From Escherichia coli (GTDB taxonomy: Bacteria; Pseudomonadota; Gammaproteobacteria; Enterobacterales; Enterobacteriaceae): a DNA stretch of 4,303 nucleotides. Below are positions 1 through 4,303 of this stretch, in pieces. The notes beneath the pieces were generated by a model. It was not told the DNA's origin, made no database searches, and saw only the letters and a program-made list of their open reading frames with translations. The stretch is from assembly GCF_003334355.1 (NCBI RefSeq), contig NZ_QOWP01000069.1, one strand, 5' to 3'. Each line of letters begins with the position of its first letter. Position 1 is the first letter of the stretch. A program made the translations under genes and the position numbers.

Positions 1-248
<248 letters not shown>

Positions 249-326
249 TCACCACATCAACCAGGCAACATGCCCGACTTGTTGAATGCAATAAACAGAA
301 GGAAAAAACAGGGAGGAGAAAAGAAG

Positions 327-402
327 TGGTGCTGATAGGCAGATTCGAACTGCCGACCTCACCCTTACCAAGGGTGCGCTCTACCAACTGAGCTATATCA
401 GC
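327..402 (-). tRNA. thrT: tRNA-Thr (anticodon GGU), 76 nt with encoded CCA
   Basis: Reverse complement of 327..402 reads GCTGATATAGCTCAGTTGGTAGAGCGCACCCTTGGTAAGGGTGAGGTCGGCAGTTCGAATCTGCCTATCAGCACCA. It has a 7-bp acceptor stem (GCUGAUA/UAUCAGC), a T-loop GTTCGAATC, anticodon loop CUUGGUAAG, and a 3' CCA. Confidence 0.95.
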
Positions 403-408
403 ACATCT

Positions 409-483
<75 letters not shown>

Positions 484-599
484 ATCCTGGAACTCGGCTA
501 CCTGATTTTCATTCTGCACTGAATATCGAGAGAAGCTCTCTTCATTCGAGCCGGTAAGCGAACTTATCGTCTCGGGCTACGCCATCGCGTGGCCGAAAT

Positions 600-684
<85 letters not shown>

Positions 685-692
685 GGACTTGA

Positions 693-768
<76 letters not shown>

Positions 769-835
769 ATCAAGTAGCGCGCATTCTATGGAGACATGCG
801 AGTTCATGCAACTAAAAAATTGCATAATTTGTTTT
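769..835 (-). promoter_or_regulatory. Promoter of the thrU-tyrU-glyT-thrT-tufB operon: -35 TTGCAT (806..811), 17-bp spacer, -10 TAGAAT (783..788), GCGCGC discriminator (777..782), AT-rich UP-like tract upstream
   Basis: Minus-strand reading is ...aaattatgcaattttttagTTGCATgaactcgcatgtctccaTAGAATgcgcgctacttgat followed directly by thrU. The hexamers are near-consensus with optimal 17-bp spacing. The GC-rich discriminator is typical of stringently controlled stable-RNA promoters. The A/T-rich sequence at about 812..835 is in the position of an UP element. Confidence 0.7.
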
Positions 836-1129
836 ATTGGTCACATTTTATGCGACACGATGAAGAAACAGCCGAACGGAGGGCAGATTAGCACACTTTT
901 TCAACATCATTGTGCTCAACAATGCGCTCCTGCTAAACCATAATTCTTTTTATCAGATGGAATATCTGTCACATTGCTTTTCAACGATAGCTTCCTGGCA
1001 GAGATTTTTTCTTATTATTCCTCCCCATCTGGTGTTACCCTCCTGCCCATTAACCCATTCAACAGAACTGTGACGCGCCATGGCAAATATCGCTTTGCCG
1101 ATAGAGCTATGACCGCCAGAAACATGCTT

Positions 1130-2080
1130 ATGAGTATAAAAGAGCAAACGTTAATGACGCCTTACCTACAGTTTGACCGCAACCAGTGGGCAGCTCTGCG
1201 TGATTCCGTACCTATGACGTTATCGGAAGATGAGATCGCCCGTCTCAAAGGTATTAATGAAGATCTCTCGTTAGAAGAAGTTGCCGAGATCTATTTACCT
1301 TTGTCACGTTTGCTGAACTTCTATATAAGCTCGAATCTGCGCCGTCAGGCAGTTCTGGAACAGTTTCTTGGTACTAACGGGCAACGCATTCCTTACATTA
1401 TCAGTATTGCTGGCAGTGTCGCGGTGGGGAAAAGTACAACCGCCCGTGTATTGCAGGCGCTATTAAGCCGTTGGCCGGAACATCGTCGTGTTGAACTGAT
1501 CACTACAGATGGCTTCCTTCACCCTAATCAGGTTCTGAAAGAACGTGGTCTGATGAAGAAGAAAGGCTTCCCGGAATCGTATGATATGCATCGCCTGGTG
1601 AAGTTTGTTTCCGATCTCAAATCCGGCGTGCCAAACGTTACAGCCCCTGTTTACTCGCATCTTATTTATGATGTGATCCCGGATGGAGATAAAACGGTTG
1701 TTCAGCCTGATATTTTAATTCTTGAAGGGTTAAATGTCTTACAGAGCGGGATGGATTATCCACACGACCCACATCATGTATTTGTTTCTGATTTTGTCGA
1801 TTTTTCGATATATGTTGATGCACCGGAAGACTTACTTCAGACGTGGTATATCAACCGTTTTCTGAAATTCCGCGAAGGGGCTTTTACCGACCCGGATTCC
1901 TATTTTCATAACTACGCGAAATTAACTAAAGAAGAAGCGATTAAGACTGCCATGACATTGTGGAAAGAGATCAACTGGCTGAACTTAAAGCAAAATATTC
2001 TACCTACTCGTGAGCGCGCCAGTTTAATCCTGACGAAAAGTGCTAATCATGCGGTAGAAGAGGTCAGACTACGCAAATAA
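1130..2080 (+). CDS. coaA: Pantothenate kinase (type I CoaA), 316 aa
   Basis: The ORF 974..2080 contains the CoaA sequence from [20 protein letters not shown]... to ...[12 protein letters not shown], with the Walker A P-loop GSVAVGKST. The recalled CoaA N-terminus MSIKEQ corresponds to the ATG at 1130, which is Met53 of the six-frame ORF. The 52 upstream in-frame codons are not preceded by any SD and are taken as untranslated leader. Confidence 0.92.
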
Positions 2081-2086
2081 TTTGCA

Positions 2087-2117
2087 GGGGAGCGAATACT
2101 CCCCTTTCTTATTTTTC
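2087..2117. terminator. Intrinsic terminator hairpin between the convergent coaA and birA genes (stem GGGGAG 2087..2092 / CTCCCC 2099..2104, loop CGAATA, then T-rich tract 2105..2117 on the plus strand)
   Basis: The sequence gcaGGGGAGcgaataCTCCCCtttcttatttttctg sits 7 nt after the coaA stop codon. The T-tract follows on the plus strand, so it terminates coaA. The other flank on the minus strand is only moderately U-rich, so termination of birA is likely weaker. The hairpin and T-tract overlap the birA stop codon at 2109..2111. Confidence 0.6.
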
Positions 2118-3074
2118 TGCACTACGCAGGGATATTTCACCGCCCATCCAGGGTTTTATTATTCCATCCTGCTCAAGTAATAAAGCCCCCTGTTTGTCTA
2201 TTCCGCGTGAAATGCCAAATATTTCTTTATCACCAATGATAAGTTTCACTGGGCGATTAATAAAATTATCCAGCTTTTCCCAGCGCGACAGATAAGGTGC
2301 CAATCCTTCTTGTTCGAAGAGTTCCAACGCAGCACGTAATTCACGTATTAGCATGACCGCCAACGTATTACGATCGAGATTGATCCCCGCTTCCTGCAGC
2401 GTGATCCACCCCTGATTAACGACACTCTCTTCAACACGGCGCATTGCCATGTTGATCCCGGCTCCAATGACTATTTGCGCCGCATCGCCAGTTTTGCCAG
2501 TCAGCTCCACAAGAATGCCTGCCAGCTTGCGATCCTGCAGATAGAGGTCATTAGGCCATTTGACACGAACTTTATCTGCTCCCAGCTTGCGTAATACTTC
2601 CGCCATCACGATACCGATAACCAGACTTAAACCAATCGCCGCCGCCGGGCCTTGTTCCAGACGCCAGAACATCGACAAATATAAGTTTGCGCCAAAAGGC
2701 GAAAACCATTTCCGCCCCCGGCGACCACGGCCAGCCTGCTGGTATTCTGCAACACAGGCATCGCCCGATTTAAGCTCTCCGATACGATCAAGAAGGTACT
2801 GATTCGTGGAGTCAATAACTGGCAGCACGGCTACACTACCGCCATCCAGCTGACCCAATATCTGTTCAGCATTAAGTAACTGGATGGGCTCAGGCAGGCT
2901 GTATCCTTTACCCGGAACGGTAAAGACATCAACGCCCCAGTCACGCAGTGTCTGAATGTGTTTATTAATAGCCGCCCGGCTCATTCCCAGCGTTTCACCC
3001 AACTGCTCGCCAGAGTGAAATTCACCGTTCGCTAACAGGGCAATCAATTTCAGTGGCACGGTGTTATCCTTCAT
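2109..3074 (-). CDS. birA: Bifunctional biotin-[acetyl-CoA-carboxylase] ligase and biotin operon repressor BirA, 321 aa
   Basis: The translation [50 protein letters not shown]... has an N-terminal winged-HTH region and the biotin-binding glycine-rich motif [12 protein letters not shown]. Length and sequence match BirA. An SD GGAGA (plus strand tctcc at 3082..3086) lies 7 nt upstream of the ATG. Confidence 0.95.
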   Translation of the reverse strand: MKDNTVPLKLIALLANGEFHSGEQLGETLGMSRAAINKHIQTLRDWGVDVFTVPGKGYSLPEPIQLLNAEQILGQLDGGSVAVLPVIDSTNQYLLDRIGELKSGDACVAEYQQAGRGRRGRKWFSPFGANLYLSMFWRLEQGPAAAIGLSLVIGIVMAEVLRKLGADKVRVKWPNDLYLQDRKLAGILVELTGKTGDAAQIVIGAGINMAMRRVEESVVNQGWITLQEAGINLDRNTLAVMLIRELRAALELFEQEGLAPYLSRWEKLDNFINRPVKLIIGDKEIFGISRGIDKQGALLLEQDGIIKPWMGGEISLRSAEK

Positions 3075-4099
3075 GAAATTGTCTCCACTGCGCTCACTTC
3101 ACCTGATGCACCAATAAAGCGGACTTCAGGCTCAAGCCAGACATTAAATTTTTCACCCACTTTTTGTCTTACATGGTGTGCCAGTTGCACCACATCTTCG
3201 CTTTTTGCATTGTCTTCATTAATGAGAACTAACGCCTGTTGACGGTGCACCGCAGCCCCACCCATTTGCATCCCTTTTAGCTGGCACTGATCAATAAGCC
3301 AACCTGCTGCCAGTTTTACTGAACCATCCGCCTGGGGGTAATTTGGTGCTGTTGGAAATTGTGACAGTAATGCTTCAGCCGTTTCGGCAGATACAACAGG
3401 GTTTTTGAAGAAACTACCGGCATTGCCATTCACTTTTGGATCAGGGAGTTTGGTGGTGCGCATATGACACACCGCATTAAATACTTGCTGTGGCGTTACT
3501 GTTGTAGGATCCAGACGAGTTAAGTCACCATACGTTAGTACAGGTTGCCACTCTTTTGGCAGACGCAGACCTACGGCTACAATGGCGAAGCGATCCTGGT
3601 ATTCATGTTTAAAAATACTGTCGCGATAGCCAAAACGGCACTCTTTGGCAGTTAAGCGCACTTGCTTGCCTGTCGCCAGTTCAACACAATCAACATAAGC
3701 GCAAACTCGCTGTAATTCTACGCCATAAGCACCAATATTCTGGATAGGTGATGAGCCGACACAACCAGGAATTAATGCCAGATTTTCCAGACCAGGCATA
3801 CCTTCCTGCAAAGTGTATTTTACCAGGCGATGCCAGTTTTCTCCGGCTCCTACATGTAAATACCACGCATCAGGTTCATCATGAATTTCGATACCTTTGA
3901 TCCGGTTGATGATCACCGTGCCGCGATAGTCTTCCAGAAAAAGTACATTACTTCCTTCACCCAGAATAAGAACGGGTTGTCCTTCTGCGGTTGCATGCTG
4001 CCAGGCATTGAGTAATTGTTGTTCGTCTTCGGCACATACAATGTGCTGAGCATTATGATCAATGCCAAATGTGTTCCAGGGTTTTAAGGAGTGGTTCAT
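3071..4099 (-). CDS. murB: UDP-N-acetylenolpyruvoylglucosamine reductase MurB (FAD-dependent), 342 aa
   Basis: The translation [54 protein letters not shown]... matches MurB, with the FAD-binding domain at the N-terminus. The stop codon TGA at 3073..3071 overlaps the birA ATG at 3074..3072. Confidence 0.95.
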   Translation of the reverse strand: MNHSLKPWNTFGIDHNAQHIVCAEDEQQLLNAWQHATAEGQPVLILGEGSNVLFLEDYRGTVIINRIKGIEIHDEPDAWYLHVGAGENWHRLVKYTLQEGMPGLENLALIPGCVGSSPIQNIGAYGVELQRVCAYVDCVELATGKQVRLTAKECRFGYRDSIFKHEYQDRFAIVAVGLRLPKEWQPVLTYGDLTRLDPTTVTPQQVFNAVCHMRTTKLPDPKVNGNAGSFFKNPVVSAETAEALLSQFPTAPNYPQADGSVKLAAGWLIDQCQLKGMQMGGAAVHRQQALVLINEDNAKSEDVVQLAHHVRQKVGEKFNVWLEPEVRFIGASGEVSAVETIS

Positions 4100-4105
4100 A
4101 GCTGC

Positions 4106-4111
4106 TTTCCT
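4106..4111 (-). promoter_or_regulatory. Shine-Dalgarno sequence of murB (AGGAAA, 6 nt upstream of the ATG)
   Basis: Plus strand tttcct at 4106..4111 is AGGAAA on the minus strand. The spacer gcagct precedes the ATG at 4099..4097. Confidence 0.5.
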
Positions 4112-4192
4112 GATGCAAAAACGAGGCTAGTTTACCGTATCTGTGGGGGGATGGCTTGTAGATATGACGACAGGAAGAGTTTGTAGAAACGC

Positions 4193-4217
4193 AAAAAGGC
4201 CATCCGTCAGGATGGCC
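4193..4217 (-). terminator. Rho-independent terminator downstream of the 5S rRNA gene (stem GGCCATCC/GGATGGCC, loop TGAC, followed by TTTTTGCGTTTC on the minus strand)
   Basis: Minus-strand reading is aagcagaaGGCCATCCtgacGGATGGCCtttttgcgtttc. It is an 8-bp perfect GC-rich stem with a 4-nt loop and an immediate T-run. It matches the sequence I recall as the T2-type terminator of the rrnB operon. Confidence 0.85.
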
Positions 4218-4232
4218 TTCTGCTTAATTTGA

Positions 4233-4303
4233 TGCCTGGCAGTTCCCTACTCTCGCATGGGGAGACCCCACACTACCATCGGCGCTACGGCGTTTCACTT
4301 CTG
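4233..4303 (-). rRNA. rrfB: 5S ribosomal RNA, 3' 71 nt (gene continues beyond the right edge of the window)
   Basis: Reverse complement of 4233..4303 reads CAGAAGTGAAACGCCGTAGCGCCGATGGTAGTGTGGGGTCTCCCCATGCGAGAGTAGGGAACTGCCAGGCAT, which matches the 3' part of E. coli 5S rRNA. The symbol rrfB is inferred from its position next to murB, not from the sequence itself. Confidence 0.93.

Noticed and set aside
327-390. Plus-strand GGGAGGAG SD-like motif (313..320) followed by GTG at 327
   Set aside because: The downstream frame is the reverse complement of thrT and stops after about 21 codons. The purine run is just the complement of the pyrimidine tract in the tufB leader.
484-599. Possible 15-codon mini-ORF (MKRASLDIQCRMKIR) and small hairpin in the tyrU-glyT spacer on the minus strand
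   Set aside because: It has no SD, lies in a tRNA precursor spacer that is removed by processing, and is too short to support as a coding feature from sequence alone.
953-1147. 64-aa ORF on the minus strand
   Set aside because: It is antisense to the coaA leader and start region, with no SD and no recognisable protein similarity.
1463-1660. 65-aa ORF on the minus strand inside coaA
   Set aside because: It is antisense to the well-supported coaA coding sequence and is most likely spurious.
2560-2815. Two overlapping ORFs (80 aa on plus, 62 aa on minus) inside birA
   Set aside because: One is antisense and the other is out-of-frame within the birA coding region. The plus-strand translation is Arg/Pro-rich, typical of GC-rich antisense frames.
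4100-4190. Candidate murB promoter hexamers between the terminator and the murB start
   Set aside because: Only weak matches to -35/-10 consensus were found (for example TTTCTA and TATCTA), and none is convincing. A promoter is expected here but cannot be placed from sequence alone.

Overview
This window reads as a well-known enterobacterial (Escherichia coli-type) housekeeping locus, and I found no evidence of a novel or accessory system in it. The gene content, in window order, is: the 5' end of tufB (EF-Tu, minus strand, runs off the left edge); the four-tRNA cluster thrT, glyT, tyrU, thrU (minus strand, co-transcribed upstream of tufB); the thrU-operon promoter; coaA (pantothenate kinase, plus strand); birA (biotin ligase/repressor, minus); murB (UDP-N-acetylenolpyruvoylglucosamine reductase, minus); a rho-independent terminator; and the 3' 71 nt of a 5S rRNA gene (minus, runs off the right edge). 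All identifications rest on reading the sequence and the supplied translations against recalled protein and RNA sequences; no database search was run. There are no mobile elements, CRISPR arrays, or repeat families. The remaining six-frame ORFs are antisense or overlap RNA genes and are rejected. The findings below are modest regulatory and architectural observations; the one that may be a real difference from the K-12 reference is the 5S gene ending only 15 bp from a single terminator hairpin.
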